Of a stretch of 64,000 nucleotides of DNA, positions 29,409 to 37,510 are shown one piece after another. The position numbers and the translations under genes were made by a program. Position 1 is the stretch's first letter. Each line of letters starts with the position of its first letter. The stretch covers positions 74,717 to 138,716 of the forward strand of contig CAZAYU010000001.1 in the NCBI GenBank assembly GCA_964489445.1, written 5' to 3'. The stretch is from an uncultured Planctomycetia bacterium (GTDB lineage: Bacteria; Omnitrophota; Gorgyraeia; Duberdicusellales; 4484-171). Under the pieces are notes generated by a model. That model was not told the DNA's origin and did not search any database. It saw only the letters and a list, made by a program, of their open reading frames with translations.

Positions 29409-29968
29409 AAGAAACTTTTAAAATTGTAATTGTTCTAACCTTTGTTTGCATTGTTTGTTCATTTTTTCTTTCGCTCGCCTTTAATTCTGCTAAGCAAAAA
29501 ATAAGCTTAAACGAAAAAAAATTAATCGAAGAATCAATTATTAAAATTTCTCCGTTAACAAAAAAAATAAAGAATATTTCAGGAGATAGCGAAGATCTCT
29601 ATCAGCTCAAAGACAAACATTCTCAGCTCAACGGATACGCATTCATAGCCAGTGGACAAGGCTATCAGGGAACTATAAAAATTCTAGCTGTAAGCGATAC
29701 TTCTTTCAACAAGCTAACCGGCATTGAAATTATTGAAGCTGTAGAAACTCCAGGGTTAGGAGCAAAGATAGCCGAAGCACCATTTTTAAACCAGTTTAAG
29801 GGATTAAACGTTTCTTTAGAGATATCTTGCACAAAGAAACAAATAACAGAAGATAACCAAATAGAAGCAATTACCGGAGCAACTATATCTTCAAACGCAG
29901 TAACTCGCATTTTAAATAATCGTTTAGCAGAAATCAAAGAACAGCTCAAAAAATCATTACAAAAATGA
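29405..29968 (+). CDS. rnfG: Rnf complex subunit G (periplasmic FMN-binding)
   Basis: N-terminal TM, then the 'ITGATISSNAV' covalent-FMN threonine motif. Confidence 0.8.
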   Translation: MKETFKIVIVLTFVCIVCSFFLSLAFNSAKQKISLNEKKLIEESIIKISPLTKKIKNISGDSEDLYQLKDKHSQLNGYAFIASGQGYQGTIKILAVSDTSFNKLTGIEIIEAVETPGLGAKIAEAPFLNQFKGLNVSLEISCTKKQITEDNQIEAITGATISSNAVTRILNNRLAEIKEQLKKSLQK

Positions 29969-30540
29969 AAAACTTTCTGAAAGGACTCTGGGGCCAACAT
30001 CCAATTTTAAGGCAGTTACTAGGAATGTGCCCAACTTTGGCAGTTACCACATCCGCTAAAAACGGATTATCCATGGGAATGGCGGTTATTTTTGTGCTAT
30101 TTTTTTCTTCATTAGTTGTTTCGTTGATTAAAAAGCTAATCCCTCCTCAGATAAGAATTGCTGTATACACCGTAATAATTGCGACTTTTGTAACAATCGT
30201 AGATATTTTTCTAAAAGCTTATTTTCCGGATATCAGCCGGGCGTTAGGTCCATATGTTCCACTAATTATTGTAAACTGTATTATCCTGGGAAGATGCGAA
30301 GCTTTCGCGTCAAAGCACAATGTTTCTTCGTCCTTGCTCGACGCCTTAGGGATGGGTTTGGGTTTTACTTGGGGAGTATTTGTCCTCGGGTCAATAAGAG
30401 AAATATTCGGCGCCGGAACTTTATTGGGATTTCAAGTTTTGCCGACAAGCTACCCGCCATTAGTAATAATGATTCTGCCTGCAGGTGCATTCTTGGTTCT
30501 AGGATTTTTAGTGGCCATAATGAATAAAATTGAAAACTAA
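29965..30540 (+). CDS. rnfE: Rnf complex subunit E
   Basis: 6-TM RnfA/E/NqrDE family. 'LGMCPTLAVTTS', 'LIIVNCIILGR'. Confidence 0.85.
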   Translation: MKNFLKGLWGQHPILRQLLGMCPTLAVTTSAKNGLSMGMAVIFVLFFSSLVVSLIKKLIPPQIRIAVYTVIIATFVTIVDIFLKAYFPDISRALGPYVPLIIVNCIILGRCEAFASKHNVSSSLLDALGMGLGFTWGVFVLGSIREIFGAGTLLGFQVLPTSYPPLVIMILPAGAFLVLGFLVAIMNKIEN

Positions 30541-30553
30541 CTAAAAAATATAT

Positions 30554-31135
30554 ATGGAAAAATTAATAATTATTTTTATCTCAACAGTGCTCATCAACAA
30601 TTTAGTCTTATCTTATTTTTTAGGTATTTGCCCATTTCTAGGAGTATCCGGTAAAATTGAGTCTGCATTCGGAATGGGAATGGCGGTTACATTCGTGATG
30701 ACATTAGCAGTTAGTGTAAGTTGGCTAATTTACCATTTAGTCTTAGTTAAATGGAATTTAATATTCCTTCAATATGTAATTTTTATTCTAGTGATTGCTT
30801 CCTTGGTACAAATAGTAGAAATGTTTATTAAACGTTATTCACAGGAACTTTATCAATCATTGGGAATTTACCTGCCGTTGATTACTACTAACTGCGCAAT
30901 CTTAGGGGCAGCTTTATTTATGGTTACCAGAAATTATAAATTTCTAGAAGCAGTTATTTTTGGATTTTCCGGGGGAATCGGATTCTCTCTGGTGTTAGTT
31001 GTAATGGCTGGAATACGAGAAGAATTAGATTATGCAGATATTCCTGCTGCATTCAAAGGGGCGCCTCTTACTTTGATTACTGCCGGAATTCTTGCTCTTA
31101 TTTTTATGGGGTTTTCCGGGCTACTAAGCACATAA
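30554..31135 (+). CDS. rnfA: Rnf complex subunit A
   Basis: 6-TM. 'LGICPFLGVS', 'LITTNCAILGA'. Paralogue of rnfE. Confidence 0.85.
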   Translation: MEKLIIIFISTVLINNLVLSYFLGICPFLGVSGKIESAFGMGMAVTFVMTLAVSVSWLIYHLVLVKWNLIFLQYVIFILVIASLVQIVEMFIKRYSQELYQSLGIYLPLITTNCAILGAALFMVTRNYKFLEAVIFGFSGGIGFSLVLVVMAGIREELDYADIPAAFKGAPLTLITAGILALIFMGFSGLLST

Positions 31136-31139
31136 CAAT

Positions 31140-31949
31140 ATGAATAAAAATATTATCGCTGTATTAGCCCTAGGACTTTCTGGATTTGTTTTTTCTTTAT
31201 TGCTGGCTTTTTTAAGCAAAAAACTAAAAACAAAGACTGACCCACTGTTAGAAAGAATATTATCTTTACTTCCCGGAATTAATTGCGGAGCCTGTGGCTT
31301 TAGTGGGTGTACAGCTTTTGCTGAGGCAATAATAAAAGAAAAATCTATCTTTAAGGGTTGTCTGCCAGGAGGTAAAGCACTTAACGAAAAACTAGCCACT
31401 GAGTTAGGAATCGCCTCTGTAGATGCAAACAATAGAAATACTATAATCTGCCACTGCCAAGCAAATAGCAGCGAAAAGAAAGTATCTGCAGACTACCAAG
31501 GCCCTAAAACATGTGCTGCTGCTCAAGTAACTGGAGGAGCAATTAATTGCTCTTACGGATGTATTGGTTTCGGTGATTGTGTAGACAAATGTCCGGTTAA
31601 CGCAATAACTATCCATGACAAGGCAGTCCAAATTAACTACAAAAAGTGCATTGCTTGTGGACAATGTATCGCAGCATGTCCCAGAAATTTACTGGAAATT
31701 GTTTCGTATGCTGAAAATAATAATTATTTTATCGGATGCAACAATAAAAATAATGCACTTAAAGTTAAAAAAGTCTGCAGCCGTGGATGTATTGGTTGCG
31801 GAATTTGCACCCGCGGAAAAAATTCACCATACTACTTAAAAGAAAATCTTTCCTACATCGATAATCAAAAACTAAAAAACAATCAAGCAGCTCTTGAAGT
31901 CGGTAAAGAAAAATGTCCGACAAAATGCATAGTTAGCTTTAAGGTGTAA
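31140..31949 (+). CDS. rnfB: Rnf complex subunit B (polyferredoxin)
   Basis: N-terminal TM, then 'INCGACGFSGC'. There are multiple CxxCxxCxxxCP clusters ('CIGFGDCVDKCP', 'CIACGQCIAACP', 'CIGCGICTRG'). Confidence 0.85.
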   Translation: MNKNIIAVLALGLSGFVFSLLLAFLSKKLKTKTDPLLERILSLLPGINCGACGFSGCTAFAEAIIKEKSIFKGCLPGGKALNEKLATELGIASVDANNRNTIICHCQANSSEKKVSADYQGPKTCAAAQVTGGAINCSYGCIGFGDCVDKCPVNAITIHDKAVQINYKKCIACGQCIAACPRNLLEIVSYAENNNYFIGCNNKNNALKVKKVCSRGCIGCGICTRGKNSPYYLKENLSYIDNQKLKNNQAALEVGKEKCPTKCIVSFKV

Positions 31950-32200
31950 AGCACAGAGGGATAAATAAGGTTTAGGCTGAGGATAAGGCTACTATAGGGT
32001 TAAGGGGTAAGGATTAAGAGATAAGTGGGGGAAAGTGACGGACGATAGATGATGGAAGAGGGACGATGAATAAAAAACAAGGTTCAAGAATAAAGGTTAA
32101 AGGAAAAAGGACCGAAGAAGGACAAAACCGAATTGCCACCTTCAAGGTGGAAGATGGATAGCATAAAAAAATGTGTAAAAGAATCAAAGCGTAGATGCGT
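31950..32200 (+). repeat. Polypurine (GA-rich) tract of ~250 nt with degenerate GG(A/T)TAAG-type short repeats
   Basis: The + strand is almost entirely purine, e.g. 'GGGATAAATAAGG…GAGGATAAGG…GGTTAAGGGGTAAGGATTAAGAGATAAGTGGGGGAAAG…GGAAGAGGGACGATGAATAAAAAACAAGG…AAAGGAAAAAGGACCGAAGAAGGACAAAACCGAA'. The minus strand is correspondingly a CT-tract. It lies between rnfB and the fibre-protein gene. Confidence 0.6.
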
Positions 32201-32333
32201 AAAAGTGCGAATGTGAGCAAAAAATAAATATCATTCAGATAAAAAAGCATCTCCTATATGCGCATATGATTAACTCATTTAATTTGTTCGACTTATTTAA
32301 CATATTCACACATTTACGCATTAACTACTTAAC

Positions 32334-32342
32334 GGGGGGGGG
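32334..32342 (+). promoter_or_regulatory. Homopolymeric G9 tract overlapping the ribosome-binding region of the fibre-protein gene. Candidate slipped-strand phase-variation switch.
   Basis: 'AACGGGGGGGGGAAAAATG'. The nine Gs end 5 nt before the ATG at 32347. A G9 run is compositionally exceptional in this AT-rich window. Confidence 0.5.
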
Positions 32343-32346
32343 AAAA

Positions 32347-33903
32347 ATGAAAAAAAGTGCTTTAAAGTCCGTTTGCTTAAGCGTATTTCTTTTATTGTGT
32401 TTGATATACATTCCGTTGTTTGCTCAAGAAATAGATGATAGCGCTGAAACAATAACCCTAGTTACTTATTATCCAGCACCGATTGGTGTATATAGTGATC
32501 TGAGAGCTAAAAAAATGGCTATTGGTGAAGAGTATTACAATCCAGAAACTCATTGTTTTGATGACGGAACAGGAAATTGTGATCCTACGGAACAAGCAGT
32601 GATACCATCAGAAGCAGATTTAGTAGTGCAAGGTAATGTGGGTATTGGGACGACGAGTCCAGTTGAGATGTTGCATATAGAGAACAACCATGACGATAAT
32701 ACCGAAATAGTAATTGGAAATAATTCTAATACTGCCCATGCATCTGTCGGCATCCGAGCAAGATCTGCGGATTCTGAGATTTCTATAGGAGCCCTGCCAA
32801 GTAATAATACCAACTACCCTTTTTGTGCTGATCGTGCTTTTATAATGAGCGGCGTAGCTTCGCTTGGATTGCTTGATACGGCTGGTCTTAGTCTTGGCGC
32901 CACAAAAAGCGATGCTGATATGCGTTTTTATACCGGAGGTTATGCAGTGGCCAATGAACGCATAAGAATTGATTCAAGCGGCAATGTAGGAATTGGGACT
33001 ACAGATCCCAAAGCGCAGCTCCATGTTAATAGCGATACAACTCAAGGAATGGTTAGTATTTCCGGGGTTTCAGATAGTAGCTCTACTTATTCTGCACTTT
33101 ATTTACATGATGATAGCGCAGATAATGATAGCAATTGGGTCTTAGCTCACAAAAACATGCAAGGCGCTGCTGGCGAAAATGATTTTTGGATTGGCTACTG
33201 GGAAAATTCAAGCAGTATGCATACCAATTTTGTAATTGATAGTGAAACTGGAAATGTAGGGATTGGCACCACAAATCCAGAAGCAACATTAGATGTTTAC
33301 ACAGGTCCAGTATATATTGGAAGAGATAGCGGTGGAAAGCCCGGCATGACCTTAGGAGAATCTTCTGCTGTTGGTACTAAACCGGACATTAGATTTGACG
33401 CACAAGGGCTAATCGCCGCTTACAGCAACATTTTTATTAACATCGATTCCGACAATAACAAAGCTAACAACGGAATATATTTTATGCATGATGCTGATAC
33501 AATAGCTGGAGAAACTATTGCTTACATAGTAGAAAACGGTAACATGTGGCTAAAAGGTACCTTAGAAGAAAATTCAGATATTCGCCTTAAAAAAAATATC
33601 CACAGTGTAGACTCTTCCTTAACACAAATTGCAAAAATGAACCCGGTAACTTTTGAATGGAAAAATCCAGGATATCCTTCCGGCAGGCAAATCGGTTTAA
33701 TAGCCCAAGAAATAGAGACTATCTATCCGGAAGTAGTATCTACAAATCAGGAAACAGGATATAAATCTATCGCGTATACAAAGTTAATCCCGATTCTAAT
33801 ACAAGCAGTAAAAGAACTTTCAACAGAAAATGATTTTTTTAAAAAAGAACTAGAAAAACAAAATGAAAACATAAAAAATATTGAACAAAAAATGAATAAA
33901 TAA
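32347..33903 (+). CDS. Secreted fibre / tail-fibre-like protein with a C-terminal intramolecular-chaperone autoprocessing domain (peptidase S74 / endosialidase-chaperone type)
   Basis: Signal peptide 'MKKSALKSVCLSVFLLLCLIYIPLFAQE'. Three spaced repeats: 'GNVGIGTTSP', 'GNVGIGTTDP', 'GNVGIGTTNP'. The C-terminus 'NSDIRLKKNIHSVDSSLTQIAKMNPVTFEWKNPGYPSGRQIGLIAQEIETIYPEVVS…GYKSIAYTKLIPILIQAVKEL' matches the S↓D-x-RLK…GLIAQEV…PE(A/V)V chaperone domain that self-cleaves in phage tail spikes. The start follows the ORF-track internal Met, not the upstream Met at 32266. Confidence 0.7.
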   Translation: MKKSALKSVCLSVFLLLCLIYIPLFAQEIDDSAETITLVTYYPAPIGVYSDLRAKKMAIGEEYYNPETHCFDDGTGNCDPTEQAVIPSEADLVVQGNVGIGTTSPVEMLHIENNHDDNTEIVIGNNSNTAHASVGIRARSADSEISIGALPSNNTNYPFCADRAFIMSGVASLGLLDTAGLSLGATKSDADMRFYTGGYAVANERIRIDSSGNVGIGTTDPKAQLHVNSDTTQGMVSISGVSDSSSTYSALYLHDDSADNDSNWVLAHKNMQGAAGENDFWIGYWENSSSMHTNFVIDSETGNVGIGTTNPEATLDVYTGPVYIGRDSGGKPGMTLGESSAVGTKPDIRFDAQGLIAAYSNIFINIDSDNNKANNGIYFMHDADTIAGETIAYIVENGNMWLKGTLEENSDIRLKKNIHSVDSSLTQIAKMNPVTFEWKNPGYPSGRQIGLIAQEIETIYPEVVSTNQETGYKSIAYTKLIPILIQAVKELSTENDFFKKELEKQNENIKNIEQKMNK

Positions 33904-33905
33904 AA

Positions 33906-34298
33906 ATGTTTACCAAGGCTGTTACAGTAGAGGAAGTAATCGGTGATAAAGTAAGAATTCGGTTTACAAAGCAAAAAACCTGCGGATGCTGCCGAATGTT
34001 TTCACTTTGTGGAGGAAATAACGAAACAATGACTATTGACAATCCTGGCTTAGACATTCAAAAAGAAAACTTATTGGAAATTAATATTGATGAACAAAAA
34101 AGTTATCTAGCTGGAATAATTACATTTCTCTTGCCTAGTTCTATTTTTATAGCCGGCTTAATAGCATTTAAAGACAGGGGAGAGATGAATAGCTTCTTGT
34201 TATCATCATTAATAGTTTTTGCTTACTTTATTATTGTAAAGATTGGCTTAAGAAAATACGGAAAACACTTCACCATAAAAATAAACAGAAAATTATGA
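33906..34298 (+). CDS. RseC/MucC-family small membrane protein (SoxR-reducing-system / Fe-S associated), putative
   Basis: 130 aa. The architecture matches RseC: an N-terminal β-strand 'AVTVEEVIGDKVRIRF', a cysteine cluster 'CGCCRMFSLCGG', then two TM helices. Its stop overlaps the purN start (ATGA). Confidence 0.5.
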   Translation: MFTKAVTVEEVIGDKVRIRFTKQKTCGCCRMFSLCGGNNETMTIDNPGLDIQKENLLEINIDEQKSYLAGIITFLLPSSIFIAGLIAFKDRGEMNSFLLSSLIVFAYFIIVKIGLRKYGKHFTIKINRKL

Positions 34299-34894
34299 AT
34301 ATTGCTGTTCTAGCCTCTGGTAACGGAAGTAACTTCGAAGCATTGGTTAAATATTTAAAATCAGCCAAAATAGACGCTAAGATAAACTTATTAGTTGTTG
34401 ATAAAAAAAATGCATTTGTCCGCACCCGGGCAAAAAAACTAAAAATTAAGGAATTACTTATCGACCAGAGAAAATTTCCTACTCGTATTGCCTTTGAGAA
34501 AGAAATTGCCGGACATCTTCAAAAAGAACAAATTGATTTGGTAGTCCTAGCCGGATATATGCGGATAATTTCTTCGTACTTCATTAAACAATTTAAAAAC
34601 AAAATCATCAATATTCATCCAGCACTCTTGCCAGCATTCAGAGGAAGAGATGCAATCAAAAGAGCATTTAATCACGGATCTAAGGTAAGCGGGGTAACTA
34701 TTCATTTTGTTGATGAACAAATTGATCACGGACCAATCATCCTCCAGGAAAGCATAGAGATTCCAAAAAACATAACCCTAAAAAAATTTGAAGCAAAAAT
34801 TCACGCCTTAGAGCATAAACTATTACCTCAAGCAATAAAACTATTCAGTGAAAAAAAAGTACGATTATTCGAAAAGAAAGTTAAGATTACCTAG
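34295..34894 (+). CDS. purN: Phosphoribosylglycinamide formyltransferase
   Basis: 'IAVLASGNGSNFEAL', 'NIHPALLPAFRG', 'SGVTIHFVDEQIDHGPII'. Confidence 0.9.
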   Translation: MNIAVLASGNGSNFEALVKYLKSAKIDAKINLLVVDKKNAFVRTRAKKLKIKELLIDQRKFPTRIAFEKEIAGHLQKEQIDLVVLAGYMRIISSYFIKQFKNKIINIHPALLPAFRGRDAIKRAFNHGSKVSGVTIHFVDEQIDHGPIILQESIEIPKNITLKKFEAKIHALEHKLLPQAIKLFSEKKVRLFEKKVKIT

Positions 34895-35723
34895 CCTCAA
34901 TGTCCAACACTTTTTCTAAAAGAGCTTTCTTGGTGTAGCGACGGCTCTTCTGGTTAAGAGTATCAGTAATTTCAATTTCAACAATACTTGCAGGAGAATC
35001 ATATGTTTCCAAAAGACGTTTTATAGTTTTTTCTGCCTCAAGAAACGGAGACAAGGAATCATCATTATTAGAAACTATTTCAATATTAAATAAAACCTGT
35101 AATGTTTTATTGCTGAATGCCGTCCGTAAATCATTTATCTTATATTCATCCTTTACATCCGGATCAATAAATTTACGGCGTAAGTTTTGTTTTGTAAGGT
35201 AAGAGATATGCTTTTCTAAAGTTATTTCTTCAGTAAACGGAATATGCTTTCCTTCCGTATCTCCTAGCGCTTTGGGGTTACGAAAGGAATCAAACACAAC
35301 TCTATGGTGGCGATCATCTAAAGAAATTTGTTTCATTTGAAATTTAATTCTATCCGGAATAAATTCAATTGTATAAACATCCGCTCCAATATCTTTGATA
35401 TCTGAAGCAACAAGACAATAAAATTCAGGCGGTTTGTCCATATTTAAAAACACTCTAATCAGAGAAAGAGAGATCCTGCGAATATCCTCTGCGGCCTTCT
35501 CATCCCATTTTCCTTCATCATCAACTATTTTATCAAAAGGTGCATAAATCCAAACAGTATTCCCGGCTGTCCATGTTTTTACGTCCAAACTAAACTCTTT
35601 CTTACATATATTTTGAATAACCTTAGCGATATCTTCGCGAGAGTAAGTGGTGGGGATAGAGCAAGAAACAAGAAAAAAGATTCCTAAGCTAATCAGTAGA
35701 TTCTTGAAAACGTCTCTTACCAT
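34887..35723 (-). CDS. Hypothetical lipoprotein
   Basis: Lipobox 'FFLVSC↓SIP' after an N-terminal signal sequence. No catalytic motif recognised. It lies downstream of, and is probably co-transcribed with, ftsH. Confidence 0.5.
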   Translation of the reverse strand: MVRDVFKNLLISLGIFFLVSCSIPTTYSREDIAKVIQNICKKEFSLDVKTWTAGNTVWIYAPFDKIVDDEGKWDEKAAEDIRRISLSLIRVFLNMDKPPEFYCLVASDIKDIGADVYTIEFIPDRIKFQMKQISLDDRHHRVVFDSFRNPKALGDTEGKHIPFTEEITLEKHISYLTKQNLRRKFIDPDVKDEYKINDLRTAFSNKTLQVLFNIEIVSNNDDSLSPFLEAEKTIKRLLETYDSPASIVEIEITDTLNQKSRRYTKKALLEKVLDIEAR

Positions 35724-37371
35724 ATTTTTTGAATATTTCTATAATTTCATCATATTCTAGCTCGCCTTTCCTAAGTAGCTCTTGAGCAAAATATTCCAAT
35801 AATTCTTTTTCTTCGGATAAAATTCCAGTTACATCTTCCAAGCACTGCCGCATAATAGATTGTGTATCCTCGTCGAGTTTTTCTCGAGTCTTTTCTGAAA
35901 TCCTTTCCGCCAATGTCTGTCCATGCCAAGCACTATCTAACGAATAAAAATTACCGATAATTCCAGACTTTCCCATGCCCCAGCGCCAAACCATTTGATG
36001 TGCCAAGCGTAAAGCGTACGAAAAATCACTATCCACACCTGAAGAAGTGGTGCCAAATTTTAAATTTTCAGCCGCATAGCTAGCAATACATGTTTTAATA
36101 TTTGCTAAAAACCAATCTCTTCTTTGAATGTGTGTTTCTTCTGGCGGGCGATGACCAACAAAGCCTAATGCTCCTTTTCGAGGAACAATCGAAGCCTTAA
36201 TAACATCATCCGTGGGGTGGGTAAGATAAGCAATTATTGCGTGCCCGGCTTCATGATAGGCAGTCCATTCTTTTTCTTTATCACTTAAAATAATTTGGCT
36301 TTTTAAACCAAAAACAACTCGATCGTAAGCTTCAGAGAGATCCTTGTAGGTAATCTTTACATTTTTGTTGCGTACCGTAATTAAAGAAGCCTCTCTAACC
36401 ATATTAGCAATATCCGCCGGCGAAAAACCAACCGCTCTTTTTGCTAGCATACCCGAATCCACTGAAGAATCAAATTGGGTTTTACTTAAGTAATAATCAA
36501 ACAATTTCTCCCGGTCATCTAAGCGAGGATTGCTTACATATATCTTACGATCAAATCTTCCGGCCCGCATTAATGCTGGATCTAAGTCACTATCGTTCAC
36601 ATTAGTCGCCGCAATCACTACGATATTGTTGTCTGTTTGTCTAAGGCCATCCATCTCCGTTAACAGCTGGTTCACGGTCGCATTATAACTCATGCCGCCA
36701 CCCATACCACTCACATTTACCCGTGGGCGAGCAATCGTATCTATCTCATCGATAAATACTAAAGCCCCACCATGAATATCAGCCAAAACTCTGGCTTCTT
36801 TAAATAAAGACTTAATTCGTGCTGCGCCAACTCCGACAAACATTCCAATAAACTCACTTCCTACAGTCGCTAAAAATGGTAAGCCAGTTTCTGTAGCAAT
36901 CGCTTTAGCTAAGTAAGTCTTCCCACAGCCAGGAGCGCCAACCATCAATATGCCCTTAATTATTCTTCCGCCTACCTGCTGGAGATGACTACGATCTTTG
37001 ATTAAGCTAATAACTTCCCAAACTTCTTTTTTCTCTGATTCCATACCCACAACATCAGACCACTTAATATCCACATCTTTAGCTTTAATCTTTTTTTGGC
37101 CCATCTTCGACATCCCACCACCAAACATAAACCAATAATGAAAACTCATGTAAATCGTCGCAAACACAAAGGCAGTAATTACGCTTAAGAACAACTGTAA
37201 AGGAATAGCGGCTAGAGTCATTTTCTTATAAAAAGACTCTAGACTCAAAAAATGTTTTGTCCCAATAACAAGAAGAAAAATCAAAGCGATAAGAAAGATG
37301 AGGCCGATAAGAATAGCTATCATCTTTAGCCAGTAGAGTTTAAGCAATATTTTTAATTTCCGTTTATCCAT
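35689..37371 (-). CDS. ftsH: ATP-dependent zinc metalloprotease FtsH (short form, 560 aa, with a minimal periplasmic loop)
   Basis: Walker A 'GAPGCGKTYLAKAIA', Walker B 'VFIDEIDTI', SRH 'ATNVNDSDLDPALMRAGRFDR', Zn site 'HEAGHAI'. Two N-terminal TM helices are separated by only ~20 residues. Confidence 0.85.
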   Translation of the reverse strand: MDKRKLKILLKLYWLKMIAILIGLIFLIALIFLLVIGTKHFLSLESFYKKMTLAAIPLQLFLSVITAFVFATIYMSFHYWFMFGGGMSKMGQKKIKAKDVDIKWSDVVGMESEKKEVWEVISLIKDRSHLQQVGGRIIKGILMVGAPGCGKTYLAKAIATETGLPFLATVGSEFIGMFVGVGAARIKSLFKEARVLADIHGGALVFIDEIDTIARPRVNVSGMGGGMSYNATVNQLLTEMDGLRQTDNNIVVIAATNVNDSDLDPALMRAGRFDRKIYVSNPRLDDREKLFDYYLSKTQFDSSVDSGMLAKRAVGFSPADIANMVREASLITVRNKNVKITYKDLSEAYDRVVFGLKSQIILSDKEKEWTAYHEAGHAIIAYLTHPTDDVIKASIVPRKGALGFVGHRPPEETHIQRRDWFLANIKTCIASYAAENLKFGTTSSGVDSDFSYALRLAHQMVWRWGMGKSGIIGNFYSLDSAWHGQTLAERISEKTREKLDEDTQSIMRQCLEDVTGILSEEKELLEYFAQELLRKGELEYDEIIEIFKKYGKRRFQESTD

Positions 37372-37510
37372 AATTTCTCCTATTTTGTTAGCTTTAATAT
37401 TACCATAAACAGCTACAACTGTCTACGGATAAACTCCTAGATACTACCTCAAACACTAGCTTGAAAAAAAACATTGCCAAAAGCAAAACTTATGCTATAC
37501 TTTTTTCACT

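Noticed and set aside
30294-30527. 77-aa alternative-frame ORF within rnfE
   Set aside because: It is in the same strand but a different frame inside a conserved RnfE. The translation is R/C-rich with no support.
32136-32150. Hairpin 'CCACC-TTCAA-GGTGG' after rnfB considered as a terminator
   Set aside because: Only a 5-bp stem with no U-run. It is embedded in the polypurine tract and is not a convincing intrinsic terminator.
32014-32250. 78-aa minus-strand ORF in the polypurine tract
   Set aside because: Its translation (L/F/P/S-rich) is simply the CT-strand of the GA-tract read as codons. There is no start context. I report the region as a repeat or regulatory element instead.
32266-32346. 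Upstream in-frame extension of the fibre ORF (Met at 32266)
   Set aside because: The extension would place the G9 tract and 27 non-signal residues before the signal peptide. The Met at 32347 is followed immediately by a canonical signal peptide and is preceded by the G-rich SD-like tract, so it is the better start.
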